From contig CM097885.1 of the NCBI GenBank assembly GCA_044892525.1, forward strand, positions 49,354,001 to 49,418,000: a stretch of 64,000 nt of DNA, in the 5' to 3' direction. This document shows positions 37,860-52,351 of this stretch, one piece after another; within the stretch, counting starts at the first letter, position 1; each line of letters begins with the position of its first letter. The notes under the pieces were generated by a model. That model saw only the letters and a list, made by a program, of their open reading frames with translations, did not search any database and was not told the origin of the DNA. Origin of the DNA: Schmidtea polychroa (lineage: Eukaryota). The position numbers and the translations under genes are program-made.

Positions 37860-40800
37860 ATGAATATGCCTATGCCTATGAATCATACTAATGGATCATC
37901 CATGATGATGATGAAGGTTTGAATTTTAAACTCTGAATTTATATTTGAGAAATTTTGTCATAGATGTATTTCAACGAAGATTTAAATTTTTACTTGCTTT
38001 TTGGTGCTTGGCAAATTACAAGTCAATCCAGTATGTTGAAAGTATTAAGAGATAAACAAGTTACGATTTTTATAGAACTAGCCGCTGCATGCATAGGATC
38101 TTTTATTTGCGCATTGCTTTATGAGTTATTCAAGGTTATTTTCTATTTGGATAAAGTTTTGTCATATTTCATTTATTATTAATATTTATTTCTGATTTTG
38201 AAATGTAAATATATAATTTACTAGTATCTTTCCTATTGTAAATTTAACAGTATTTCTACTCTCGGTTGATATATTTAATTTCATAATAATTATTATAAAT
38301 GATCAATTAAAGAAATTAGAATACAGCTTAATTATTAAATAAAATTAACCAATCAGTTGACAGATAAATAATTTACTACCACTCATCAGTAAATTCATCA
38401 ATTTATATTGATTTCTAATTTATTGGATTCATGGTTGTAAAAATTAAATTTATTAATATAAAGTATTTATAAATTAATTAAATTTCTATTGATCAACACT
38501 AGAAAAACTATGCGAAAATTCGTGTGAAATAGTAAAACAAAATATTGATCTTTACGCTGAGAGAAATATTAATTCTAAATTATAAGTTAAATCATGTTAT
38601 AATACCTTTTTTACATTTTTTTAATATTTTTAACTTGAACGAGTAAATTAAACGTGACGGGGGTCACTGGACGGCAGTGTCGCGAGCACCACCAGTGACT
38701 GGCGCGCCAAGAGTAATAGAAAGACATAATTAAAACAAATCTGAATACATAAATATTCTTCATTATTACCATCGTTACTACAATGGTTTGAAAAAATTAA
38801 TGCGTCGCATTCAACGTGTTAAAAGTCTATCTATCCAAAATCTTGAAATTTCATCTGTACAATTCAAGATTTTGGGGCATAATCCTATTATAAACTGTTT
38901 AATTAAAAACAAACTGTTTTATTTAAAACAAACTGTTTTAATATTTATTGCAAATTATAATACAAATTATAAATTATAATACACAAGTAATAACCTAAAT
39001 ATAATTTACCACCATTTCCGGATGACCAGCAGAATCTCATTGAAGACCTTAAACTTATCACACTTCCGAAGAAACAAAAACTCACTTAAATAACCCGCTA
39101 AATATAATTTTTTCGATCCGTATTGGTTTCGTAATTTTCTTTTAGCATGAGCCCATGTTGATTCGATATTTTGCGTATGAACGCTTGTATCTGTTGGTGA
39201 AACAAAGTTGTCCGCATGTATGACAACGTCGTGCGTAAAAAGCCCGCTTTCAATTATACGACGATAAGCCGCCCATCCATCGCTTATTACTCTTGTTCCT
39301 GGCACAATACGCGTATTTATTATTCTTAATAGAGTATCAGCATTCCTATTAGGCACTATTACCAAAAAACACTTCTAATACTTCAAGTTTGGATTTTTTC
39401 AAGTCATCATAAAGACTGTCGGATTTAAATCTGGTTGCAATTAGCTCTTCATCGTTGTATATTAATTCCGTAAGTTTTGTTATATTTTGGATTCGCGGCA
39501 TTTTTATTTTAAATAAATAATTTGGTTAAATATTTAAACAGTGTATTTTAATTAAAACAGTTTGTTTTTAATTAAACAGTGTGTAATAGGATTATTCCGA
39601 TTTTGGTGTTTACATTTTAACCATTTCGTTAGTCTTTAAATTGGATTATTACTGATTATTTACAAAATTTATATCAATGCGTTTTTCGGATACTTGAAAC
39701 ATTATAATACTCTGATTTTGTCAATTGTGTCGATTTAATAAATCATAGCTTCATTTATTTTTTTACAAAAATGATATTAATGTTTAAAAATTGTTTAATG
39801 TAAGATTTCCTTTTAAAAAGTAATTGTTTTAATGATTCAGTTTGATAAGAATAAAATGGAATTTATTAATAATAATGTTAACGTCAGTTATGAACATCTT
39901 TCCATAGAATATAAGCCAGTGCTTCCCAATCTGTATGCCGTGAGATTTTAGAAAATTATTCAAAATTGCTAGGGATCTTGAACTCTGAAACTACACACGT
40001 AGCTCTTGCGAATATATTTTATAACTTATTTATTACTTAAAAATTGCGCCATACCGCTGTTGACTTAATGGGAATTTCAATCGAACTAATTCTCGCAACG
40101 TATTTTTCTTTTTTATTACTGCTCGTATTTTTTGAAGTTGTTTTAAATGACATTATATTTGAATGCCTCTCATTTAAATTCGTTTCCAAGATTCTGTTGG
40201 TATTCTATCTTCACATTGAAAAAATATGTAAAAATAAAAAGTTTCTTTCTTCATAATTTCTCTAAAATGCTTGGTGTGCCGCCAAAATTTTCAGATTTAC
40301 TTAGTGTGCCGTGATCCGTAAAAGTTGATATAAGCTTTCTTCAGACATTTCTAGCCAATCTTCGATGTCTTTCATTCATGATTCTACTAACAAAATACTT
40401 TGATTAAATTTCCTGGTGTTGAAATTTCAAATACATCATGCATGTTTAGTTAACAAATATAAAATTAATTGTCTATGATGCTTTCTTGTATTTGCATTGA
40501 CAGATTCGCTTTTAGCATGGTCACCAGAAATACGATTTTAATTCATTTTTAAATTCTATTCCAAATACAATAATAATATTAAAACAACTTATTTTAATTA
40601 TTTAATATTATTTTTAATATTGCATTAAAACCATTAAAATATTTTTTTTAATTTTCGATTGAAGTACATTAATTTCAATGATATAATGAATATATACAGA
40701 AATATACCAATCAATTTTTGTAGTTCTAGTGTTAAATGAGTCAATGGGAGAATTTGTATTTTACTAAATTTCTATAATCAAGATTATTCTTATTCCTAAC

Positions 40801-43800
40801 AATATTTTTATTCTAAATGACAAAATTTAAAGTTTGATAATAAACGGACATTTCATGTTAGACATTGAAACTTTTTCTTGACAGATGAACTTCAAGAAAG
40901 CGCTTGTATGATCATCATTATATTGAGTATCTTTTTTCGATAAGAGCAGGTTTAGTTTGTTATTAATTTAAAAATTTCCAAATTATTGCTATCGTGCATT
41001 CTGTATAAAAGGACTCTGGTGTAATATAATCAAAGAAAGTTTTACAAGGTGATTTCACAAAACTGGGTTCTATTGAAAAAATGATTCATGAGATTGTGAG
41101 CAAATTCTAAAAAATTGGATTTTTGCACTAGGTTTTAAGTCAGCCATGGTGGGCCGCGAAGCGTTTTGATGTGGCCCGGACACAATTTTAAACATCAAAT
41201 CAATAATTGTCTTTTTTAGAATTCATATTCCAATTAAGCATGTTTTTAATTAAAAAAATTGATTCTAAGTTCACTTGAATCGTAAAAACGAGTTATATTT
41301 ATTTAAATGAATTTATTGTGGTCCGTGATAGTATTTTTCCGAAAATTTGGCCCTTCGATTGATTTGGGTCGGCCACCACTGTCTTAAGGTGACACTCAAG
41401 GTTAGTACGTAGTAGTATAAAAAAAGTCCTTTAAACGTTCGAGGATGAACCAATAATGTTGGATAGTAAAGTCAGTTAAAGACTCTAGACAATATTTCAC
41501 GAATCGTGCATTTTACATTACTGTAAAAGGCATACTATGTTCAAGTACTACATGCTCTAAATGAAGAGAATCAACTAGTATTTATAGATCATATCGTTTA
41601 TATTTCACGCATTTAAAAAATAAGATATTATACAATGATGACATAATTTGCAAATTACTATTACCTAAATCAGATCAAAGTCATTGAACCTTAATCTTTT
41701 ATTTCGAATGTTTTATTTATATGTTACCTAATGAAAATTAATTTGATTATTCTCGAGTTTTTAATAACAATTTCTAATTATTTCTAATATTTTTATTTAA
41801 AATTAAATAAAATTATCATCTCTAATAGGGGTATTGCAGCAAAGAAAGAATAACGTTTAGGCTTTGTGATAATATGACAAGAACTAAAAAATTACCCTGT
41901 TAGTTATTGGAAAATAGTTTCAAAAATAGAAATTCATTGCCAGTGAATTATGAACACAACTGTAAGGTATGGCTGAATTCATCAATTTGTGAAAAGTTGT
42001 TATTGAATTTCGACAAAGAATTTGGAAAGAAAAATCGTAGTCCAAATTAAATCACATCCGATTAGAGTTCTTTGCTCTTAATCTAACAACACTTCTCCAA
42101 CCTATGGATATGGATATTATCAGATGCTTAAAAGTGTACATCAGAATCGAAGTTGTAAAGGAAATGCTAAAGTTCTTTGAGAAGAAAAGAAATATGCTAA
42201 AAATTTCGTTTGTGGACTGAATAAAGCAAATTTCAAAAATATAGGACGTAGAAATCTTGTTCACGACAATCAAAAACTGTTTTAGGAAGTCTGAATTCTA
42301 TGATGACCATTTCATTGCTGACGATGATAACATTCCGTTGATGGATATTATTTAAGAATTGGAAAAGCATTCGATTTCTCTTGCAGTTAATATTCAATAT
42401 CAGTGAGAATTTTACAGAATACGGTTGTTAATGTTATGTATGGCGATGTTATGAAGGATGAAGATATCATTGAGTATGTACAGAAGCAACGGATTTATGC
42501 CAGTATGAATATCCATGGTAGGAAAGTGAACGAAAGGATTTGTAATTTGATTTCTCATTTGTGATAAATTCAGAAATGTGTTACTGAGTTCAAAAGTTAA
42601 GAAATGGAATGTTACATCCATATTCTCTGCCTCAAAATTGTTTTAATATACTCAATGAAATGGAAGCATTTTTCGAAACGGATTAAATATTTGTTACATT
42701 ATTTTTTGTTGTTGTTTCTTTTTTACAAAAATTACAATGTTTTTCTGATTTTTATTATGACATGATTTTTAGGGGACTTAGACATAACATTATTTCCCTA
42801 CTTCATTTGAACACCTTAATAATTTGATTAATTATTAGGGTCTCCGGTAGGATCGAATTAAACAAGTTATTCCAGTAAAATCTTTTTTATATCCAATTAA
42901 ATTAAATTAAACAAAAATTTCTGTTTTCCGCCAGTAATTATTTTTTAATTACTTTTGATATTTTTATAAATAAAGTGATTATTTTCGGTGTAAGGATTCA
43001 AAGTAATAGTAATGATGTTCATGGAAGATATAAATAATTTTGTTTAATTTTAAATAATATTATTAAAAATATATTAATTTTTTATTTTAAACCCTTAAAT
43101 ATAAATAATGATTGTCTGCGCTAATCATTTGTCATTCAATCATCATAATTGATATAAAAATTACAGGTTTGAACGAATAAGGATTTATAGAGATTATACC
43201 ATTGAACTCAAGAAACCCATAGTAATATATAAGTACAGTTTATATTTATTTAGATTTGCCATTCTTGTTATAAAAAATTACTTGTGAATTTGCCATAAAC
43301 GATTAAATAAATAGAAAAACTAGATCGAACATCCAGGACATAAACTATCAACGGATTAGTCTAAATTTGAACTTCCCTTTGGAAAAATTTACTTCACTGT
43401 GAAATTGTAAAGTAATATTTGATAAAATTTCTATCTTAGTGATTTAGTAGATCAGTGATTCCCAACCTTCCGGTACGCGAATTACTTTACTATATATAAA
43501 ACAAAAAGCTATTAAAAATCTGTTTTGTGGGCAAAAAACATGACTACAATAACCCATACATTTTAATATTTTACAATTTCTAATTTTCTAAAATTTTTAA
43601 TGCCATTTGCGACCACATATTTATGTGAAATAGGATTTACAGCAATGACTGCGATGAAAACCAAGTATAGAGCTTTGCTGGGCATTGAATCGGATCTTCG
43701 CCTTAAACTGACAAACAATGAGCTCGATATTTCTTCTTTAGTTAATAATAAACAGGCCCAACCTTCTCATTAACTATTTTTTAAGTCATAATTATATTTT

Positions 43801-44373
43801 ATTTATATGTTTAGCAGTAAATACATATATATCCCAAGTTACTTATCTTTATTACAAATCCCATTGCATTTTATGCCCTATTAAAAAATTAGGTTTATCG
43901 GTACACCATCAATTTTTTTACAATTTACAGGTACGGTACTATGAAAAGGTTGGGAACCCCTGAAATAGATCAAAATATTTGTTAAATTTGAGTTCAAAAC
44001 ACGGTATTTTAAAATCAATAAAAATACTACCATGGCCAAATTTACTAAATTATGCATAGTAGAAAAAACAACAATCATACTCTACTGCGCTTTGAATCTT
44101 AGACAATTATGAATATTCGATGAATAATCATTTTGTTTACCCAGAATGTACACTCAAAACATTGAAGGGTTTCTGTCACGCTCCAAATACTTTATCTCGA
44201 GAGAAAACAATCGGAGTATTTAGGTCAGTTTATATGGGAGTCTAGAAAAAAGATTTAATACGTTTCTAACTATAATTCAATTCTAGGATAATAGATTATA
44301 GAATTGTTTTAACTGTTTTTTTTGATATTTTAGTAATATTTTATGACAACCAGTTTATTTTGGTCTTTTTTTA

Positions 44374-44427
<54 letters not shown>

Positions 44428-47400
44428 ATTAATTTTTTAATTAATTTTGAACAATGATTTGAACATCTAGCTAAATTTGTATTATAATAAAAATTTCAAC
44501 TTTAATAAACTCAATAAAAATTAAAAATCAATATTTTTATTTTTATCAACTATTGATTAAATTTAAAAAAATAATTTAATATTTTAATTATATAATTTTA
44601 TTGATCGATGAAATTGTTTTTGGAACAGATCTATCTGCCAGTAAATTTTTCTAAATAGATTTCCTATAACATCTAAATCAATAAAAAATAGTGCTATTTC
44701 CTATACCCATATTTTGCATTTTATATATTGTGATGACAGCTGATTTTAATTGTCTATGATTATTTATTTGTAGATTTTATATATAGTTTGTAGATATTCA
44801 ACATGCCAATTATTTAATTATAACTTTTCCTTTCATTATGAACTATATCATTTATTTGGTTAAATATTTTAAAAATACTATATTTATATTTTCGAATGAT
44901 TCTAATATCAATTTTCTGTTTTATAAAATTTCTTTAATCTTTATTTGAAAAATTTTTATAATATAATTCGTTTTTTAATTTTAATCGACAACGTGCTATT
45001 TTTATTTCAAAGTTATCTTGTATTACATTTTATCTATTGAATAAATATAGGGAACAAGATGACAAAATTTCTCTTTGAAGTGCAAAATTTGAATGAGACC
45101 TTGTAAAACCTTGCAAAATTGATAAAATTTTCAGAAAATTCGAACTGATTTCATAGTTAATTACAAATATTAACATTCAAAATGTAAATTTCATATGAAA
45201 ATTATTGAATTTAAAAAGATCAAAAGTGAAACCAAAAGTTAAATATGAGACTTTAATTAAATTTTTATTACTTCTTCATGGAGATTTTAGGTCAAGAATG
45301 TAAATTAATAATTGAATAAGTTTTGAATTTTATTTTATATTTTACAAATATTAATTTTTAAATTAGTATAATCTTGTTATTTTATTTGGGTTTCTTCGAA
45401 ATAGACATGGGAGGCTCAAGAAATTTTTATGAAGCGCCTACCTTAAAGAATTCCAACTGAAACATTATATTTTAATAATTTAAATTTCTAAATTCAACGA
45501 GTAGGTATTTCATAATAAATTTTTTATTGAGTGAAATAAAAAATTTGTCCATTTCAAAATATAATAATATATGCAATTTCAAAATACATAAATAATAGTA
45601 CAAAATAATATAGGAGTGACAATTGTGAAAGAGAAAAATTAAAGATATCATAATAAATAATTTTTTTATATATTCGAGAAATAATGTAGAAAAATATTTT
45701 TGCGCCCTAAAATATTTTGCACCCTAGGCAGCCGCCTAATTCGCCTATATGGTAGAGCCGTCCCTGGAAATAGATGGTGTTTTGTAAAACAGAACTCCTA
45801 TTACTTAATTTGTTTAACTTTTATCAACATTAATAATTATTCAAATATTATTAAATTTTCCCCAGTATATTTTTCTGAGTCAGTTTTTAAAGCTTTTGGG
45901 CCTGGCTAGTATGCAAATGTGTTTAATTAGTGGTTTAATTACTTTGTATATTTTTTGTACTGAATTATGAATCTTTTGTCATTTTAATTTAAAATTTTTA
46001 GTAGGTAATATAATATCAATTCTTTGTTTAGTTGTATTTACTAATTGTTATACATTTAAATTTATTATTTATCATTAAATACAATTATTCCTACACATGT
46101 TATAAAATACATTCAAACTTGAAGACAATACTAAATTTAATTATACAAACAAGTGGTTAATTTAATTTAAACAAGACTAATTTAATTTTTAAGGTTCGAA
46201 ATTGATAATTGGTAAAGGTTTCAATTAAAAATAAAACAACAGCTATTGACAATAATATAAATTATAATAAAATAAAACAGTATGTATTTTCTCACTCAGT
46301 GCACTTAATTGTTTCTTCATGTGAAGTGCAAATAAATTATTGAATATTACGCGTATTAGATTCAATTTTAATATTATGCTTGTATTTTAAACTATTTATT
46401 TGTTTAAAAAAGTTTTTGAATTTTTAAATTATTTTTATATATAAATAATTCATTTAAAATATTTAAATTGGTTAGTATTTCTCGGCATTGGACAAAAAAA
46501 TTTGAGTAATAATATTGAAAATTATTTCAAATTGTATAAGGTAAATTTATGACATTTAGAATTCAATTTTGTTTTAATTAGTGTTATTTTACTTTATTAG
46601 TTTTTTCAACAAATGAATTATTCTTGTTTGTCTAGTTAAAATTGAAACATTGAACATATTGTAAATAAATATTTTAGAACTGTAGCACATGTTATTTGAT
46701 GCAAGCATGTGATCCATTCATTTAAACAACAATATTTATCAAGTGTGATTTAAGTAACTTTGCATTGTTAACTCTCTGGCGACATACATTTACGTTTAAA
46801 CTTAAAAATTATTATTATTTGTTACTATTTATTGCCTTTTTTTCATTTCCCTATTGTCAATTACTATCGATAAATATATTTTCATTTTTCAATTACTTTT
46901 AAAATCTTTAAGAGTTTCTAAATCATTATTATGTGGAGTCAATAAATTGCTTTACAATTATAGTGAAATTGTGGGGAAACTAACAATAATTTTCATTAAT
47001 TTTGTTTTTATGCACTCGATTGTGAATAAACAATTTATATTTAACATGTGAGTTACAAACTTTGTCTTTTTAAAGGGGATCGTCTTTCATTGGAATTTGT
47101 AACCCAAAACATTTTTATATATGCAGAATATTTTTCGTAATCAAATCTGTATAGAGGAAGGGGGTCTTTTAATTGAAGATATTATTTAAAATTTAAAGAA
47201 TTTATTTTCTCAAAAAAATTACATCCAAAAGATACAATTCACATTTTTAAATTTATATTGTTATAAAATTTAAATTACTTATTTTATTTGGTAAAATCTG
47301 AGATGCCGTACATTTGGTTTTTGGAAGTTTTAAGAAAATATTTTTATGACCGTAGTGACCAAAACTTTACATTGTTTTAGATTCAAGATCTAATCAAGGA

Positions 47401-49815
47401 TCAGTTACAGGGCTTAACTTTCTTGGGTTTATTTAATATTCTATGAAAAGTGCATATAGGTTTTCATAAACTGTAGTAATAGAAAGAAGTTTAAAACAGG
47501 TTTGATGGAGTATTATGTATTTACTGTATAGATTTTATTAAATTTATTTATAAAATTCCTTTATGTATTTGGCTATGATACTTTTGGTATAATTTACTTC
47601 AAATTCTGATCTTTTTATAGACTTCATCGTCTTACATATCTTTTGATATTTTTATTTATCCCTTTGTAAGTTAAAGAATACAAGAGTGTTTCTTGACCAC
47701 TTGATTAATTTAATTACGTATATTAGAGCTGCTGAGTTATCAAACGATCATATTATATTATATTAATATTTGTAAGACCATAGATCAAAATAATATATAA
47801 AATACGCAATATTTCGGCACAGCCTTTATGAAGTGTGTATTTAAATACAAATATATTTAAATACAATTACACACATTATAATTGTACCAGTCTTCAAATT
47901 TTATCAAAAGTCTCAACATTACTACATGTAAATATCATTTAATATTTACTACACAATATTGAATTTAAAATCAATATTGTTTCATGAAAATGGAATATTA
48001 ATATATAGAGTAACAGATGTAAAGTATATTGTCTTTATATTTAAACATGTGAAGTCTCAACTTGTATATATTAATCATTATCAAGATTGTCTAACTCAAA
48101 TAATCTCTTTATTCAAGGATTTGACTACTTTCCGATGGAAATATGAAAACTTCGTGGTTAGCCAAACACTAATTCTCGATAATCTCTAGATTTTTCCAAA
48201 AAAAAAATTTCAAAAATTGTAAGGCATCAACCTAATCATCTAAAAAGCACACCCCTATCTCCGATAGAAAAGGCTCGATAACATATTGAATTAGAAAGTT
48301 AACATGAACTTTAAAGCGTGTTTTAAACGTTTTCTCGATATTATACCAAAATGTCCTCAGCAAAAATGTAGATCTCGAGAACCTCAATATTTTTTAAAAA
48401 TCTCAAAGATGCTTCTTCTGGAAAAATCTTTTTCCCGAAAAAATTTTAATTTCCCACCAAATGAACTTAAACACTTTCCTAAATGCGAGAAAAGTTATAA
48501 AAAAAATTTTTAACTCTGGCTATAAACTTTCGCTACAGGGCCTCAATAACTAGAAAGTTCACATATTGGAGGTTCTCCCACACTTCATATTTAACAGTCC
48601 TACCTCTTAGTTAGAGTATAATTACAAATGGCTATTGAATAATATTTTATAATGTCTTTTTACTTCACTGAAATATTATTTAACATTTTTAGAGACTAAG
48701 AGAATACCACGTGAATTATGAAATAAATTTAATATCAAGCTCCTCTGAAAATCTTCTCAGAAAACCTACTAATCGGTAAAAAAAATTTAGAACTTTTATG
48801 AAAGGAAAATATTAAAGTATTTGTTTTATATCAATTTTAACCTAAATATCATCTAAGGGTAACATTTGATAATCGATATTTAATGTTTCTAGAATAGAAT
48901 ATTTTCCCCCTATTCACTCTTGGATAGTGAAGAAGGCCTGGGTTTCAATTCATAGCTCCATAGCTCCATACCTTTCCACCTGAGATTTGTACGGCCTTCA
49001 CATTTTCAGAAACCTTCAATTGGTCATTCGCCAAAGCAATACCATATCCTCAATTTATGAATTTTGTTGTAGTATTAGTTATCGGGCACAGACTATTGAA
49101 GTTATCTTTCAAACTTGTACAAATACGTGTAAATTCAGCAACCGATATTTTTATTGTAATATATGAATAGGCTTAATATCTCTCATTCCATATAATAATT
49201 CGGTTGAAGTTAAACAATTTTTAACATTTTTTTGATTTTTTTATATTGATACTTCACAGGACTAGCAAAAACACAAAACTAACCTTCTTTATGGTAGGCC
49301 ACAAATTTTTCAAATTTTTCCTGTAGGTCATTTTTTTAAGCCATTTATAACCTCAAAATTTGCACAATTTCAAAAGAAGGCAAAAAAATAAATCAAAGAC
49401 ACCACAAAAACATCTAAAATATATATTTTAATTTTTCCCAATAATACTTTGAATTGTTAATTGTGAATTTTTTCTGTTAACTTTAAATCCTCTTAGTAAA
49501 AAAAACATCTACTAAATGAATGACATTTCTAATGAAGGTTTCTAAACCCCTTTTATGACAATTAAATATTTTCTTTAGAAGTTCAATTAAACAAATTTAT
49601 GTTTTAGAAAAGTTCCCGTATTCTCTAGAGCCAATTTCCTGCAGTCACTAATGCATTTGATTCAAACAACAGTCAGTTACTTTTTGATGCTCATTATTAT
49701 GTCGTTCAATACTTACGTGTTCATATCGGTGATTGCGGGACTTGCTGTCGGGTACTTTTTCGGCAATGCAATTTGTGTTTTCGATCATCGGGACTCCAAT
49801 GAGCATTGTCAGTAA
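37860..49815 (+). CDS. SLC31A1: Ctr/SLC31 copper transporter, ~157 aa; exons 37860-37916, 37964-38030, 38076-38134, 48693-48775, 49608-49815
   Basis: Met-rich N-terminus MNMPMPMNHTNGSSMMMMK, MYF..LLFGAW, LYELFKRLRE, LQSLMHLIQTTVSYFLMLIIMSFN (MxxxM), GLAVG (GxxxG), C-terminal EHCQ; all introns GT-AG with compatible phases (0,1,0,2). The symbol marks the family; one-to-one orthology was not tested. Confidence 0.92.
38876..39598 (-). mobile_element. Merlin (IS1016/ISXO2-like) transposon, internally deleted, TSD GATTTTGG
   Basis: 8-bp TSD at 38868-38875 and 39599-39606; ~65-bp TIRs GG(C/A)ATAATCCTATTA...; transposase C-terminus VPNRNADTL..SDGWAAY..HTQNIESTW..YLSEF (39006-39365). Confidence 0.92.
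39918..40332. mobile_element. Degenerate hAT (Buster-like) MITE
   Basis: CAGTGCTTCCCAATCTG..TGCCGTG left end; GTGTGCCG subterminal repeats near 40275-40312. Confidence 0.5.
41135..41381. mobile_element. hAT MITE remnant
   Basis: GTGGGCCGCG/GTGGCCC repeats and a ...GGCCACCACTG right end. Confidence 0.5.
41900..42690 (+). pseudogene. Tigger/pogo-type transposase remnant
   Basis: LQPMDMDIIRCLKVY (~42094-42140) resembles the LQPLDxGII DDE_1 motif; TIKNCFRKS follows. Confidence 0.6.
43453..43962 (+). mobile_element. Buster-type hAT non-autonomous element
   Basis: TIR CAGTGATTCCCAACCTT / AAGGTTGGGAACCCCTG; imperfect TSD TAGTAGAT/AAATAGAT; C-terminal relic LMPFATTYLCEIGF...QAQPSH*. Confidence 0.85.
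44060..44290 (+). pseudogene. Merlin transposase remnant
   Basis: VNH/HTQNIEG-like motif (NNHFV...YTQNIEGF). Confidence 0.5.
48213..48308 (+). repeat. 96-bp sequence duplicated exactly at 50045-50140
   Basis: AAAATTGTAAGGCATCAACC...TTAGAAAGTTAACATGAA is identical in both places. Confidence 0.9.
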
Positions 49816-49909
49816 TAAAAAATATTCCAAAAACCCTGTTAAAACATGCTAATTTTCCATATAATTTTTTTAATAGTGAAATTAATAATATTTTTATAAA
49901 ATATATGTG

Positions 49910-49951
<42 letters not shown>

Positions 49952-49952
49952 T

Positions 49953-50035
49953 AAAACAATAAAGTGATAATTTAAGCCTTTTGCTGCAAATAATGTATTT
50001 AATGAAAAAATTTTTTACAATAAGATAGTCCTTGG
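49953..50035 (-). mobile_element. Penelope family 1 terminal fragment next to (ATT)n
   Basis: AAAACAATAAAGTGATAATTTAAGCCTTTTGCTGCAAATAATG...GATAGTCCTTG. Confidence 0.8.
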
Positions 50036-50199
50036 TGATTGACCAAAATTGTAAGGCATCAACCTAATCATCTAAAAAGCACACCCCTATCTCCGATAGA
50101 AAAGGCTCGATAACATATTGAATTAGAAAGTTAACATGAAAACACTGTATAGACACTTAGAAAGGGGTAGGAAAATCTTTTGCACACCTACATAACATA

Positions 50200-51181
50200 C
50201 ACCCAATTCCGAAATTTAATAACCTCTATAATTCACGTTGGTGTGCACACCAGTTGAGGTGAGTCACCATTTACGTGAAAATGAAGTTATTATATTTCAT
50301 TTATTCAATTTATTAAAAATGGTTTTCAGGTAATTTTTTTAATTTGAAGTAAATTTTAAGACTTGAATTTTGATTTTATATAATTATGAGATCATTATTC
50401 AAGTTCTTAAATATTACTGTTAGTCAGCATTTATAACATAACATTGATAATAATTAAATTTCAGGTGTTTTTTAGGAATTTTATGAAATTCAATAATTTT
50501 TTATTTGGAATTATTTCAATAAAATGTAAGTTAGATATATTTTTAACTAAATACTAATCACCGAAGACATTAATTTTTTTAATGCAATTAGGAAAGAAGC
50601 GGCGTACATGGATGAAATAGTTTTTTAAATTTTATAATCTTCTTTCTCTAGCTCATTTTCGATGGCCCCATATTTTTAATATTTATAAATGATTGCTTTA
50701 TTTAAAGATTTTGTTATTCCTAGTAATCTTCCAAATTCTTGGTAATTGTCCCCATTCTGAAAGTCATTAATAAGCCGAATTTTGTCATTTTCTGTATATC
50801 TATGAAAATATTAATTTATTAAAATAATTTATTTAAATTTACGATTTGCGAATTTCTTTCTGTAAATCAAAAGATCTTGCTTTCTTTCTTGCGTTTTTTA
50901 GTAATTTAAAAATAATTATATTTTAACAATATGTTAACAATATGTTAACGGTTATTTATTTCGGAACAAAAACCTATATATGAAATTTGCATGCATTTTT
51001 CATTATGGGTTTTGTGTTGGTGTGTTCAATTATTTTTCTCTCGCCTTCACAAATCCTATAATAAAGTTATTAAATTTCGGAACAATAAATTGCTACACAC
51101 AGGTAAGTTTGTGTGTTCCTATACGATAAATTTATTGATTTTTTTTAGATTATAGAAGTTATTAAATTACGGAATTAGATG
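50200..51181. mobile_element. Tc1/mariner-like non-autonomous element, TA TSD
   Basis: TA|CACCCAATTCCGAAATTTAATAACCTCTATAAT ... ATTATAGAAGTTATTAAATTACGGAATTAGATG|TA. Confidence 0.7.
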
Positions 51182-52351
51182 TATAATAAATATAATGATA
51201 AATATAATAATAATGCATGTATATTTTCGAAATCATAAATTTTGCATAGAATAATAACATTTTAAATTTTAATTATTGAAGAAACAATGACAAATAAAAA
51301 TTTAAAACTCAATTCCACAAACTCTACCGGATTCAACTTTACCATACTAGATAAATTCTAAATAAATAGAAAAAACCATAAATAATAAAGACGAATTTTA
51401 TCAGATCACCATACAAGCATATAAATTTCAATATAATTTTTAATTATTATTAATTATTATTATAACAATTATTCATAATGACCATGAGGAAGTAGATATT
51501 CGAGTAGATATGAAAAAAATTTAATATTTAAATATCATTGTTATTTTGTGCATAGCCTGGTTGCTAAATAGTTTTTAATGTTATATTTAGCTTTATTAAA
51601 CATTATAAAGCATTATGTAAATTTTGCTACTTTAATTTTACCTGTAAAATAATTCGTGCAATTGTTTAAATCTTCGCATTTAAACGTTTGCTTACTTGGG
51701 GAAAATGTTTTTATATTATGTTATTTCATTCTAAAAATGGTAAAGAAATAAATTGATCACATGAATTTTATTTTTTTCTCATAAAATATAACAGTGCCAA
51801 ATACCACAACGTAATATATTTGACATAAAAATATAAACATATTTTTGATCACTTGTGATGTAATAACAAACGACATGTCATTAAGATGTGCAATTCTGCA
51901 CTGTACACCGCAACAATCATTACTCCAAACTGGAAACTTCATCAGATATTAAGAAGATTACAAAAAATTGTTATAATTCCCTAGTGTTGAGGATACCTAA
52001 ATGATAAATAACATAATAAATAAATAAATTACCTGAGTGAAGATCGCCATGACAAACGGGAATAAAAAGAAAATAAAAATGAGGAAGATAAATCAAAGAA
52101 AAGGAAACAAACAAGAAATTAAAACAAAGGTTGTTAGGGATATTTAAATAATTAATTTATAAATAAAATATATATTATAATATAAGAAAAAGTATAATAA
52201 GTATAAAAGCTGGCACGCATAATTAGCATTATTATTTAATTAATTAATTCGCCATTTAAATCGGGTGTTTTAATAATACAAGATTTAGGCAATAATTTGT
52301 ATTTTGTATTAAAAATAAATATTTATAGATTATTAACTGGTTATTATTAAC

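Noticed and set aside
37964..38182. 72-aa ORF as a standalone gene
   Set aside because: It is Ctr exons 2-3 read through intron 2 and into intron 3.
49648..49830. Minus-strand 60-aa ORF
   Set aside because: Antisense shadow of the last Ctr exon on the plus strand.
51757..51942. 61-aa Cys-containing minus-strand ORF
   Set aside because: No recognisable motif or convincing splice context; cannot be supported.
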